Assembly (NCBI RefSeq): GCF_001194135.2
Contig: NC_068990.1
Location: forward strand, 91,974,146 to 92,038,145
DNA from: Octopus bimaculoides
Taxonomy: Eukaryota
Length of the DNA stretch: 64,000 nucleotides
Direction: 5' to 3'
Shown: piece by piece, positions 50,217 to 62,300 of the stretch
Layout of the letters: each line of letters starts with the position of its first letter
Position numbering within the stretch: position 1 is the stretch's first letter
The notes under the pieces: model-generated
What the model saw: only the letters and a program-made list of their open reading frames with translations
What the model was told of the DNA's origin: nothing
The model's database searches: none
Made by a program: the position numbers and the translations under genes

Positions 50217-51041
50217 ATATTCAGAAATTTAAATACTCTGGGACTTAATGGGTTAAGCAAGTCAGCTTCAAATTGGTTGTTTAACATGCTAGAAATAGCT
50301 ACCAAATCTCCTTCAAATCATACTCTCTGTCTTATAGAACGGAAGGGCTCATTTGACAATGTAGTCTCTTATGTGCCAAAAAGATGGAATCATGACTGGA
50401 ATGTCTTTGAGCATGGATATGTTAAACAATAAGATCAGTCATGTAATTCCTTTACCACAAGAAACCTGTTCTATCCTGGCCATTTTATCCTCCTAACATA
50501 AAACCACCCCCATTTTCTACTGTAATCCAAATCAGTCAAAGGGATTTAAAACTTACAAGCTTCAAGACAAGCACCCAGAACACTCTGTAAAGTGATTGGC
50601 ATTAGGAAAGGCATCCTGCTGTAGAAACCCCAAGTCAAAGTAGACACTGGGACACAATGCAGTCCTTGGACCCAGTGGTTTCTGTGAAACTACTCAACTC
50701 TTGACAGTATCAAAGATGGATGCTAAATGATGATGATGATGATGATTGTTTTATGTCCACTTTCTCTGCTGGCATTGATCTGCTGTGTTGTTGCCAAATC
50801 AGTTCTTATTTGGGGTTCCTGTCTTTTTGTCCTGGATGGACCAGATGACCACATCCCACTCTTAGGTTCCAGTTCCTTGCTTGGTCTCAATGAACTGGAT
50901 ACTCTTCCTATCCACCAACTGATATACAAAGGTGTTAAATATATAGAATAAATTAATTAAATAATCGGTGTAGATTTGGTTAATTAATGTACAGTTACAT
51001 GGCTTTTTTTTTTTCTTTTTTAAATCTTCTTTGTGTTTCAG

Positions 51042-51196
51042 CTCAAAAAGTGTGGCACGCTGCTCGCTGTTCAGGTGCCGCTCCAACCTTCTTTCGAGCA
51101 TGTGGCAAGTATTTAGATGGAGGCCTGATGAGTAACAATCCAACTCTGGACACCCTCACTGAAATACACCAGTACAACCTTGCAGAGCAACAAAAT
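51042..51196 (+). CDS. PLA2G6: iPLA2-beta coding exon 14 ([15 protein letters not shown]...[13 protein letters not shown], catalytic Asp)
   Basis: tttcag acceptor, aat|gtaatt donor; DGG motif. Confidence 0.98.
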
Positions 51197-51670
51197 GTAA
51201 TTTGATGTTTGCTTACTTTGAATTCTTTCTTTTTTATATTTTGTTAGTCTTGTTAGTCAAAACCCTCCCAACATACACACACTCACACACACACATACAC
51301 ACGCACATTGTTTTGTCCTGTGCTGCTGTCCATGATGTTTTTCTTAATGTAAACCCTTGTGGTTAATAAAGAAATCCTCTATTATTATTATTATTATTAT
51401 TATTGAGTGGATTTGGTAGACGGAAACTGAAAGAAGCCCGTCGTCTATATGTATATATATGTGTGTCTGTGTTTGTCCCCCCAACATCGCTTGACAACTG
51501 ATGGTGGTGTGTTTATGTCCCCGTAACTTAGCGGTTCGGCAAAAAGGGACCGATAGAATAAGTACTAGGCTGACAAAGAATAAGTCCTGGGGTCGTTTGC
51601 TCGACTAAAAGGTGGTGCACCAGCATGGCCGCAGTCAAATGACTGAAACAAGTAAAAGAGTAAAGAGTGT

Positions 51671-51837
51671 ATTATTATTATATGTTTGACTTTTGCTTTG
51701 TATTCGACTCCAAGTCTCACCCAGAGACCTCAAGAGACAACAAGTTAGAAGTTCATGTTGGTGTTATACCTAGGGTGACATACGTTTGGTTCTGTACGTA
51801 GTGTTGTTCCAGAGAATGTTTAAGTAATCATAAGAAA

Positions 51838-51868
<31 letters not shown>
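51671..51868 (-). mobile_element. Probable 3' UTR fragment of an R4/Dong-like element bounded by (TAA)n
   Basis: Flanked on both sides by (ATT)n; the minus strand ends aagtcaaacatataataataat. Family assignment is from recall only. Confidence 0.45.
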
Positions 51869-51869
<1 letters not shown>

Positions 51870-51896
51870 CATCTAAACTTTCGATTTTGTTTTCAG

Positions 51897-52058
51897 AGCC
51901 GACAGACACGACCAGTAGGTTGTGTTGTATCACTTGGCACCGGACGTAAGCCTGTTGTTAAAACCAACAGTATGGATGTTTACCTACCTGAAAACTTCCT
52001 TGATATTGCAATTTGTGCTGTGAGAAGTTTGGCACTCAAAGACCTCATTGTTCATCAG
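51897..52058 (+). CDS. PLA2G6: iPLA2-beta coding exon 15 (VVSLGTGRKP...MDVYLP)
   Basis: tttcag acceptor, cag|gtatat donor, 162 nt, phase 0-0. Matches human VVSLGTGRSP...VDVFRP. Confidence 0.95.
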
Positions 52059-52066
52059 GTATATCT

Positions 52067-52152
<86 letters not shown>

Positions 52153-53596
52153 ACTCATGCTCACACAATCAATAAGGAAGCCTTTACCTGGTTATTCAAC
52201 TTAAGAGATTGAAACCAAATTTCTCTCAAACCATTCCTTATCTTAAAAAGGAAACGAAAGATTAGATAATGCAGGCGTGAATACATCACCTGAAAATAGG
52301 GCTGGATAGTCATGGCTGGAGTGCTTTGATCACAGGTATATTCATTCAGAGCTAACCCAGGCCTAAACAACCTCCAATACAATCAACCACTGTGTTGTCA
52401 TCGTCATCATCATCATCATCATCTTATTCATTGTCTGAAAAAATATTCACTGAATATTTGTTTCTTTTTTTGAAATCTTTTTTACTGGTTTCAGTCATTG
52501 GACTACAGCCATGCCAATGCATTGTTTTAAAGGGTTTGGTTCAAGAAATCAGTCCCAATATTTTAATAAAGGATCTTAGAAAGTTCAAAATCTTTAAAAA
52601 AAAAACAGATTCTTTTATATTTTTTCCTAAATAACTTCTGATATGATGATGATAAAAGCTGTTCTGAGTTCTGATTTCACCAAAATCAATTTTGCTTTCC
52701 ATCATTTCATGGGCAATAAAATAGGAACAAGTTCCACAGTGAGATCAATTCAGTCAATTACAGCCCTGTCCCCAGATCTTTTCCTGGGTTATCTCTGTCG
52801 TGTCTCTGTTCCTTCCCACAGCTTAGAGACCCAACACTTCCCTCAACACGTGTCCTGTTCCAATTATTGCTACCAATTGTGTACTTCCTATGAAGTTTGG
52901 TATTTGCAGTTTTTGATGCCAGAATTTTGCTTTCTTTGAGACAGTGCCACCTTTAGCCAAGCAATTATTCTGTGCTGAGGAAGGGAAATAACCCAGAAAT
53001 CGTGATACACAGATATTGTTTTGAGCTGAGTGGGGGTGCTAGATTCCCTTGTTTGAAAATATAAGGACACAGATCATGTCGTATAACCAGTTGGAGACGA
53101 TGTCTCCTGGGGCTAAATTACAGCAACATTTGTCCTAAACCAGGACTGCCATGTTATGTTGGCAAACAATCTTTACTACAGTTCCAACTGTATTGATCAT
53201 GATTGGTACATTCACTTTGAAGTGGTGTGGATGTATTTCACTGCTAATGCTAGGACTGGGTACCTTTTGACTTTCTTGTTCTTTGTCTTCTGGTCTGCAA
53301 GTATAGCTACATCAATGAAGGTCTATTCTTTGAACTCTTTCCATAGAAGAGTTATGTTGCAGCTTTTTAACTCTTCTGGTATATTCAAAAGAAATCTTTT
53401 CCTTCATCTTAGTGTTCATCATCTGACCTAATTGTAAAACACCAAGAGACATGTAAACCCTTTCTGTTCACTTCTCTTGTCCTCTCCTCATTTGGAAGTT
53501 ATACTCCATTGCTGTCTGGGTTTTGCCCTTTGTCAGCTCAATAACAGTGCATTTATCTCGACCAAATGCCATTATTATTATTATTATTATTTGTAG

Positions 53597-53815
53597 GTGA
53601 CCAACACTGATGACCAACCTGTCCAACAAGCGAGATCTTGGTGTAACATGTTGAACATACCATATTTCCGATTCAACCCTCCACAAAGCGAAGACATCCC
53701 ATTGGATTGTCAGGACAGTGAGAAAATTGTTGATGTCATGTGGGAAACTTTGTGCTATTGTAATACCCACAAATCAAAGTTTGAAAATCTTGCAAATATT
53801 CTAATGAGTAGATAA
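53597..53815 (+). CDS. PLA2G6: iPLA2-beta terminal coding exon 16 (ARSWCNMLNIPYFRFNP...MWETLCY) with TAA stop
   Basis: tgtag acceptor. Matches human RARAWCEMVGIQYFRLNP...LWETEVY. The 16 exons sum to 2343 nt, i.e. 780 aa plus stop. Confidence 0.97.
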   Translation: MTNTDDQPVQQARSWCNMLNIPYFRFNPPQSEDIPLDCQDSEKIVDVMWETLCYCNTHKSKFENLANILMSR

Positions 53816-54492
53816 GATCTGACTGCATTTTATTTGGAAGGGGGGGTGGATTTCTTTTTTCTTCTCCACACACACACAGATGCACACACACACAAAACAA
53901 AGGAGAAATCTTGAAAAATATATTTTTTTTATTTTATTGAGAATATAAATAGGAAATAAGATATATTTTTCATGGAATTTATATCTAGTTTGTAAATGTA
54001 TTATTTTATTTGGCAAATTGTGATGCTATAAAAATATTAAAACAAATATCGACTTATGTTTTCTCTCATTTATTTGTCACACACAGAGTATGTACTCCAC
54101 ATTTAGCCACAAGATCCTGGATTAAATAGACATCTCTGCAAACTATATATATATATATATATATATAATATAATATAGGATAAAATCTTTATAAGAATTT
54201 ATCAAGTAGTCAGCGTGAAAAAACCCCATAAGGAAAAAAACTCATCGTTTTTTCCCATAAATATATATAATTTATATAAGGGCATTAACTATATAGTAAT
54301 GCCTCACGCTTAGAGGGACTAAATAAGTCAAAAACTACCAAAAAATAAGCAACATATTTACCGAAAGCAAGGGAAATGCAACTTTCAAAAATTAACCTCC
54401 TAAAAACATTTAACTTAATGGCAAACCACTGGTTTCTCAATTAATACAGCAGAACTGTGAAGTAAGCTGCATCTTTTGTTCATCAGTGCACG

Positions 54493-54730
54493 TATGGTCG
54501 AGACACATAAAAAATAAACAAAAATCAACATACCACGATGTACCCAACACAGCACGATGACTTCTGTTCATCATTATATATCCGTGAAAGAGGCTTTAGG
54601 GTTACCGAGATGCAACTGGATACGGCTAGCCTCTTTCACGGATATATAATGATGAACAGAAGTCATCGTGCTGTGTTGGGTACATCGTGGTATGTTGATT
54701 TTTGTTTATTTTTTATGTGTCTCAACCATA
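54493..54730. repeat. 103-bp inverted repeat with 32-bp spacer abutting an N gap
   Basis: 54493-54595 versus 54628-54730: one mismatch. Confidence 0.95.
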
Positions 54731-56548
54731 NNNNNNNNNNNNNNNNNNNNNNNNNNNNNNNNNNNNNNNNNNNNNNNNNNNNNNNNNNNNNNNNNNNNNN
54801 NNNNNNNNNNNNNNNNNNNNNNNNNNNNNNNNNNNNNNNNNNNNNNNNNNNNNNNNNNNNNNNNNNNNNNNNNNNNNNNNNNNNNNNNNNNNNNNNNNNN
54901 NNNNNNNNNNNNNNNNNNNNNNNNNNNNNNNNNNNNNNNNNNNNNNNNNNNNNNNNNNNNNNNNNNNNNNNNNNNNNNNNNNNNNNNNNNNNNNNNNNNN
55001 NNNNNNNNNNNNNNNNNNNNNNNNNNNNNNNNNNNNNNNNNNNNNNNNNNNNNNNNNNNNNNNNNNNNNNNNNNNNNNNNNNNNNNNNNNNNNNNNNNNN
55101 NNNNNNNNNNNNNNNNNNNNNNNNNNNNNNNNNNNNNNNNNNNNNNNNNNNNNNNNNNNNNNNNNNNNNNNNNNNNNNNNNNNNNNNNNNNNNNNNNNNN
55201 NNNNNNNNNNNNNNNNNNNNNNNNNNNNNNNNNNNNNNNNNNNNNNNNNNNNNNNNNNNNNNNNNNNNNNNNNNNNNNNNNNNNNNNNNNNNNNNNNNNN
55301 NNNNNNNNNNNNNNNNNNNNNNNNNNNNNNNNNNNNNNNNNNNNNNNNNNNNNNNNNNNNNNNNNNNNNNNNNNNNNNNNNNNNNNNNNNNNNNNNNNNN
55401 NNNNNNNNNNNNNNNNNNNNNNNNNNNNNNNNNNNNNNNNNNNNNNNNNNNNNNNNNNNNNNNNNNNNNNNNNNNNNNNNNNNNNNNNNNNNNNNNNNNN
55501 NNNNNNNNNNNNNNNNNNNNNNNNNNNNNNNNNNNNNNNNNNNNNNNNNNNNNNNNNNNNNNNNNNNNNNNNNNNNNNNNNNNNNNNNNNNNNNNNNNNN
55601 NNNNNNNNNNNNNNNNNNNNNNNNNNNNNTGAATTTAATGTACAATACCATCTTATATATATGTGTGTGTGTGTGTGTTTATAGGTACACACACGCACAC
55701 ACATTGGATTTGTTTTTGATACTGTATTCCTTTATTTGTTTCTTTTTCTTATCTTTTCTATGTTGATTTTTTTTCCATATCTGGCAAAGCTCAGGGGACA
55801 CGCAGCACCCCCACCCACTTCATTTTGTATTCATAGCCTCACAGCAAATTGCTTCCTTTGATCTCGACCTCAGCTTATCTGGGCAATGAAGCAATGGAGT
55901 CTCCCTTTGTAATCTGAACTTATCAAATCTTATCCATGGGGCTTTTGCTTTTTTTTTTTTTGTGTAGCAGAAACAAAGATTTTTTAAATTTAAAGGGAAA
56001 ACAAAAACCTGAAGCAAAAGAGAAATGAAACGTTCACATACACACACATGCATGATCACACACACACACACACACATGCATGTTCATACAAACACACACA
56101 TACAGACACATCCTAAACCTGAGCAAAAAACTGTAATTTTTCCCACATTCTGTGTATTTCTTTCTATCTTGTCTCTTGTAGAAAAATATTTCAAAGAAAA
56201 TACTCCAGAGACATCATGTCTGCAGATGTCTTCCCCCCTCCCAAACACTAAATGTTTCTTTAAGCTGACTCAGTCAATATTATTTTTGCTCTCGCTGCTA
56301 TTAGAATTACTGTTACTATCATTGTTGTTGTTGTTGTTATTCTTCTTCTTCTTATTATTATTATTATTATCATCATTATTGCCCATCGCTATGTTTTGAG
56401 TTCAAATTCCATTGACTTTGCCTTTCATCCTTTTGGGGTCGATAAAATAAGTACCAGTTGAACACTGGGGTCAATATAATCGACTCATCCCCACTTCCCC
56501 CAAGCTGTCCTTGTGGCAAAAACTGTCATCATCATCATCATCATTATG

Positions 56549-56581
<33 letters not shown>

Positions 56582-57159
56582 GACGTCACACAGTATACCT
56601 AACATTCATTTTTCTGTTGGCAGGCTTCTTTCAGTTTCCACCCACAAGGCTTTGGTTAGCCCAGGTCCAAACTAAAAAAAAACATTGGCCCAAGGTGCCA
56701 CACAGTGGGACTGAACCAGAAACCATATTGTTTGGAAGCTAGCTTCTTAATCATGCAGCCCTGTCTACACTTCTACTTGAAAATTATCTATTTGAAAATT
56801 CCATTTACACTTCAAAACTATAAACTAGAATGCAATTTCAAGTTTACACAGACAGGAAAAAATATCATCATATTATCTATTTGAACAGATAAGAATTCTT
56901 CTGTCAGCCTCCCTTCCAAGTTCTCTTCTTAAAGTGAAGATCTAAGTGAGGGTCTCAGATAAGAGACTGCTGACCAAATTATATATTTTGACTGGAAACA
57001 ATGTGCGTTTCATAAGATTCACCCTGGTTCAACCTCGTTTTTCTTATCAGTTGAAAAACTTTCAGATTACATTTCTGATATGTCTGTTTGTTTGTTTGTT
57101 TGGTGGATGACTGTGTAGAGTAGAAATGGGCAATTGTATTACATATATGGCTGCTTGTA

Positions 57160-57380
57160 TAGATAGACAGACAGACAGATAGATAGATAGATAGACGGAC
57201 GGACGGACAGGTAGACAGATAGATGAATAGATAGATAGATGGATAGGATAGATAGACGGATGGATAGATAGATAGAAGGATGGATGGATAGATAGACAAA
57301 CAGACAGACTGGCGGACAGACAGATAGATAGATGGACAGACAGACAGACAGATAGATGAATAGATAGATGGATGGATGGA
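57160..57380. repeat. Compound GATA/GACA/GACG tetranucleotide microsatellite
   Basis: Directly visible. Confidence 0.95.
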
Positions 57381-58119
57381 TGTGTAATATATTATCATCA
57401 TGGTAATAATCGTCATCGTCATTGACGTCATCATCATCATCATTGTTTTAATGTCCTTTCTTTTTCAATTTAAAAGTCAGGAAGGTATGAGGTCTTGCTA
57501 CTATTTCTTGCAAGTGACACATGGGTAAGGTTTGCTTCTGTTAAGGGCACCCAACCGTAGAAACCAAGCCAAAATCAAACTGGAGTGTGGTACGATTCTC
57601 TGGCTTACTAGTTCAGTCAGAACGTCTAACCCACGCCAGTTTGATAAACGGACGCTAAAGGATGATGATGATGATGATACGATTGAGCACATTTTCAAAC
57701 CCATTGCCCAATATTTCTATCTGGGCGGTGCACAGAGTTGCCCCTATGCCATAGCATTTTGATACCCTTAATCACACAGAGAGAAATGATTTGTCCTTCT
57801 CCAAATAACAGGCACAACCAATAGTTTGCCTTCCCTCGTCATGACTTAAATATTCTTTTCTACTCTAGGCACAAAGCCCGATATTTGGGGGGAGGGGGCG
57901 AGTCGATTAGATCGACCCCAGTATACAACTGGTACTTTATTTATCAACCCCGAATGGATGAAAGGCAAAGTCAACCTCGGCGGAATTCAGGACTTAAATA
58001 TTGGAGCCACTCGTCCAGCGATCGGGGCGATGCGCAAGCACACACTCACGCACACACCACACACATTTATAAAATGATCGTTCGACCTACAAAAATAGCA
58101 AGCCTCTCTTCGATCCCTT

Positions 58120-58497
58120 TGTGTGTCTGTTGGCACTCCGTCGCTTACGACGTCGAGGGTTCCAGTTGATCTGATCAACGGAACAGCCTGCTCGTGAAAT
58201 TAACGTGCAAGTGGCTGAGCACTCCACAGACACGTGTACCCTTAACGTAGTTCTCGGGGATATTCAGCGTGACACTGAGTGTGACAAGGCTGACCCTTTG
58301 AATTACAGGCACAACAGAAACAGGAAGTAAAAGTGAGAGAAAGTTGTGGTGAAAGAGTACAGCAGGGTTCGCCACCATCCCCTGCCGGAGCCTCTTCGAG
58401 CTTTAGGTGTTTTCGCTCAATAAACACTCACAACGCCCGGTCTGGGAATCGAAACCGCGAGTCCGCTGCCCTAACCACTGGGCCATTGCGCCTCCAC
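58120..58497 (-). mobile_element. Third tRNA-derived SINE family (related + copy at ~9539-9855)
   Basis: Head ggcgcaatggcccagtggttagggcagcggac...ttcgattcccagaccgggcgttgtg shared between the two copies. Confidence 0.75.
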
Positions 58498-58828
58498 TCG
58501 ATCCCTGTACAACGTCTTAAAACAGCAACTAAGAGAAAATCTCGTCCAACATGAATTGTCTCAATAAAAGTTAGGTCATATATCTGCTCGATCAGGGCTG
58601 ACGTGGGGTTAAACAACAGCACATCAATCCATCCTCGCCGCCGACCAGCAATTTTTCCTCTTCCTGCCTTCATTAACATATTTGGGAGTACACACGTACT
58701 CACGTAATTTGTGTATATAGACATTTGAGGACCTAAACGACTTCACGTCTGTCAACGTCAAGTTTCCAGTTACCGCAACTCTTCAATTTATTTACTATCT
58801 TCTGAGAGTAGCCTCCCTTGATCAGTGT

Positions 58829-58856
58829 GTTATTTGGTAACCAGGAAGTGACGTCA
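58829..58856 (+). promoter_or_regulatory. TTC26 proximal promoter: RFX X-box plus overlapping ETS/CRE motif
   Basis: GTTATT-T-GGTAAC (58829-58841) fits GTHNYY-N0-3-RGNAAC. CAGGAAGTGACGTCA (58842-58856) follows directly. Locally CpG-rich, about 40 nt before the ATG/donor. Confidence 0.65.
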
Positions 58857-58894
58857 TATCGTGCCATGTTGTGTTCCTAAAGAGATTTGTCAAT

Positions 58895-58897
58895 ATG
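58895..58897 (+). CDS. TTC26: TTC26/IFT56 exon 1 coding part (initiator ATG only)
   Basis: aatATG|gtaagt just downstream of the promoter motifs gives M-MLSRAKP, as in the human protein. The ATG at 60037 could be the start instead. Confidence 0.7.
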
Positions 58898-59308
58898 GTA
58901 AGTTGTTTAAAACTTTCTCGACTTCCTATCTTCTGAAATTTATCCAAATTTAATTATTAGTTATTGCAATTAATTATTTTCTACAGTGTTTTGTGTTTTT
59001 TTATAAACGTTTTCCTATAAACCGGGAAAACGATATCTCCCGCCAGACTATATTATCCCAGGACGTTTGTTTGTACTTAAAAAGTCTGCAAATGACCAAG
59101 TAAAAGACCTTATTTCTGGGAATTGATATGTTATTTGGTAGTATTGAACTAGTGTATTACAGGTATTACTTTATTAGCTAAAATTCAAAGCTGTAGGGTG
59201 GGAGTGCTTTGGGGGTTGTCCTCGGACATGGCCCGTTGCAACAGATGACATCTTATACTTAGCGATATAAAATTAAAAAAACTTTTCGAAATAGTAAATG
59301 TACCTTGT

Positions 59309-59344
<36 letters not shown>

Positions 59345-60036
59345 CCGTGCACATGGCAGTTTGTGTTAGGGTTAGAGTTGAGTTTAAGAGCTTGCTTTGG
59401 GGTTAAGTTTTAGGGTCAGAGGTTATGAGGTGAGTAGTTACGGTCGGAAAGCCGTAATTCTGTTGAAATTCCCTGTTTGTGAGATATGGAATACCCGCTA
59501 AAGATAGCCAAGGTAGTCAGTGGTGTTAGATAAAGAGACAGATTAAGACAACAGAATGGTCGTCATGATGGGCTTCCTCATAGTTTTCATTGTTGCCAAA
59601 AGAGCTAAAGCAAGTTTTATATGAAGAATGGCCCAAAATTCCCCTAACAACCATTCAGAACCTGTACAAGTTAATTCCTTGATGTATTAAAGTTGTGATG
59701 CCAAAGGTGGACCAAGTCCATCTTAATATAACTTTCATTTAATAAGATGTTTCCAATACATTGTCCAACCCCATGCCGGCATGGAACATGAATGTTGCAT
59801 GTTGGTGATGATGATGACGACGATGATGTGTGTGTTTGTATCTCCTTGTCTTGACATGATGCAATAGTTATGAGTCACTGTCATTTCCAATCTTCTAAGA
59901 AATCATATCTAGTAATGGGAAAATGTTAACAAGAAGGGAATCCAAACATGAAAAAAATGCCTTAACAAATTTTGTCTGACCCATGCAAACACGGAAATGT
60001 GGACCTTAAAATAATGCTCCTGTTTCTGTTTGTTAG

Positions 60037-60174
60037 ATGCTCTCACGTGCTAAACCAGCCACAGGGGCTGGTAGGATCTCTGGTATCAAAGGTGACAGAA
60101 AGACACAAGAACTGCCCAAATTGGAAGATTTCTTACAGAAGAGAGATTATACTGGAGCTATTACTCTTCTTGAG
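60037..60174 (+). CDS. TTC26: TTC26/IFT56 exon 2 (MLSRAKPA...LPKLEDFLQKRDYTGAITLLE)
   Basis: ttgttag acceptor, gag|gtaagt donor, 138 nt. Matches human MLSRAKPA...IPKLEELLSKRDFTGAITLLE. Confidence 0.97.
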
Positions 60175-60640
60175 GTAAGTGAACCCATGATTACATCTCT
60201 GTAGAATATTTCTCTCTTCGCACCAAAGTTCAGTATACCAAAATATATTTCCATATTTAGTCTTTTGTACTGAATTCTGAATATCTGTTCCAAATTCTTG
60301 GTAAATCAGACTGGGTAACCTGAAAGAGCTGCATCGAATACTTTTATTTCTTGTCAGTTTCTTTTTAAAACATGTCATGATGCTTAGAAAGTAACATCTT
60401 ACAGCCATATTATTGTTGTTTATAGAGTTGCCATCTAGCATACACTGGCAGACTTTCCTGGGGTTAACTGCCAACGGATGCTGGTATTCATTTACACTTT
60501 GTAGACCGAAGTGACGTGAAATGCCATTCTCAAGGACACAATGTACCACCTGGTTTTATAATTGAATTCACAACCTAATGGTTGTAGAAAATTACCATAT
60601 GTAAATCTCACAACAAGAGATATTCTGCAACAGTTCTTTG

Positions 60641-60834
60641 GAGTAAAGATTATTTGCCAACATAACATGGCAGTCCTGGTTTAGGTTGAATGTTGCTGTA
60701 AAAGGAAAAAACATATATAAGGACACAGATCGTGTCGTATAGCCAGCTGGAGGTGATGTCTCCCGGGGCTAAATTACAGCAACATTCGTCCTAAACCAGA
60801 AATGCCATGTTATGTTGGCAAATAATCTTTACTC
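60641..60834. mobile_element. MITE-like element with ~60-bp TIRs (related copies ~47800-48030 and ~52990-53175)
   Basis: Arms 60641-60701 and 60774-60834 are reverse complements with a few mismatches. The core aaggacacagatcgtgtc...gggctaaattacagc is shared by all three copies. Confidence 0.65.
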
Positions 60835-60943
60835 TAATGGTTGTAAGCCCCAACACTCTAACCATTGAGGCATACTACTTTACTTCTTGTCTAATCTATA
60901 AATATAGAATTCAATTGCTGTTCTTTATTGTTTTATTGTCCAG

Positions 60944-61036
60944 TTTAACAGGTCCAGTGGCAAAACTGATATTGATACTGACCTATGGATAGCCTGTTGT
61001 CTCTTCCACCTTGGTGACTATAAAGGGGCAATGGAG
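60944..61036 (+). CDS. TTC26: TTC26/IFT56 exon 3 (DTDLWIACCLFHLGDYKGAME)
   Basis: gtccag acceptor, gag|gtaagt donor, 93 nt. Human has DTNLWIGYCAFHLGDYKRALE. Confidence 0.96.
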
Positions 61037-61908
61037 GTAAGTTTTCACAGTATCATTTAATGTAGTTAACGGCCAATTATCCATTATATGCAGTAGAAGC
61101 AGTATTAGGTTAAAATAACAATCTTTGTATCATACTTAATGTAAATATATCATTTAAAGGTAAATTAAATGTTTTTAAATACAGCATGTCCATGAGAGAT
61201 GTTATCTCTGGATGAATACCACAGTAAATTTGTCCTTCAATGATGTATTTACATCAAGTATCACACATCAATGGTTGTTACAATTATTTTGTTTATCTTT
61301 AGTAAGGCTTGTTGTTGTTTAACACCAGGTCAATCCTGATTCACCAGGCCTTATGATCATCCCGTTGTTTATTCAGTCATAGTGTATCTAGGAATGCATT
61401 ATCAAATGTGTCCTTCTTTGTTGTTGTTTATTATCTGAGCAACTCTGATCCATCAGATCAATGGTGTTCCTTCTGTAACCATTCTGTCTTTTATTTAGGC
61501 ATAGTATATCTAAGAGTGTATCATCCAGTGTGTCCTTTCTGTTTTAAGACAGTAGGTGTGATTTGAAGGAGATTTAGCTGCTATTTTTAACAGGCCAGGA
61601 GACCCTATCAATGTTCCTTTATTGGCTTGTTCAGCAAGTGAGATGTCACAGCAAGCGAAATTTGAGAAATTTGAAAAATGGGGTTGACGTAATCGACTTA
61701 CTCTTTCCCCCCAAATTTCACACCTTGTGCCTTTTAGTAGAAAGGATTATTATTATTATTAGTAATAGTAGTAGTAGTAAGATGGTGAGCTGGAAGAATT
61801 ATTAGCATGCTGGGCAAAATGCTTAGCAGCATTCCGTCCATCTTTATGTTCTGAGTTCAAATTCCGCCGAGGTTGACTTTGCCTTTCATTTTTTTCTGAT
61901 TGTCTTAG

Positions 61909-62023
61909 ATTTACGAAAAAGTGACAAACCGCAAGGAATTCCTCCCAGAGGTTTGGAATTATTTAGCTTGTGCCTATTTTCTTCTTGGAATGTATCCCGA
62001 GGCATACGAAGCTTCTAAGAAAG
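61909..62023 (+). CDS. TTC26: TTC26/IFT56 exon 4 (EVWNYLACAYFLLGMYPEA)
   Basis: tcttag acceptor, g|gtaaga donor, 115 nt; TPR motif. Human has EVWVNLACTYFFLGMYKQA. Confidence 0.96.
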
Positions 62024-62300
62024 GTAAGAAAATGCTCATTTCCTTATAGAAGGGACATTTTTAAAGACTGAATATTCCTACAGTCAGTATTTATGTATTA
62101 TCATGAGAAAAAATATTTGAATAGTTCTGCAGATACAGTATAAATGAATTACTGGAGTATGGAGGTTGGATGTGCAATAGTTTGCTTGTGTGTGTGTGTG
62201 TGTAAGCTAGTTAAGGGAGGGAAAAGACTGTCAAATGAATCAGCCTCAGTACTTTATATATATACATATTGTGATTTGTTTGTTTTTCTTCTATGGAAAG

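Noticed and set aside
51124-51165. CTGATGA ... GAAA inside PLA2G6 exon 14
   Set aside because: No stem II or stem I pairing; the words arise from the codons of GLMSNNP...TEI.
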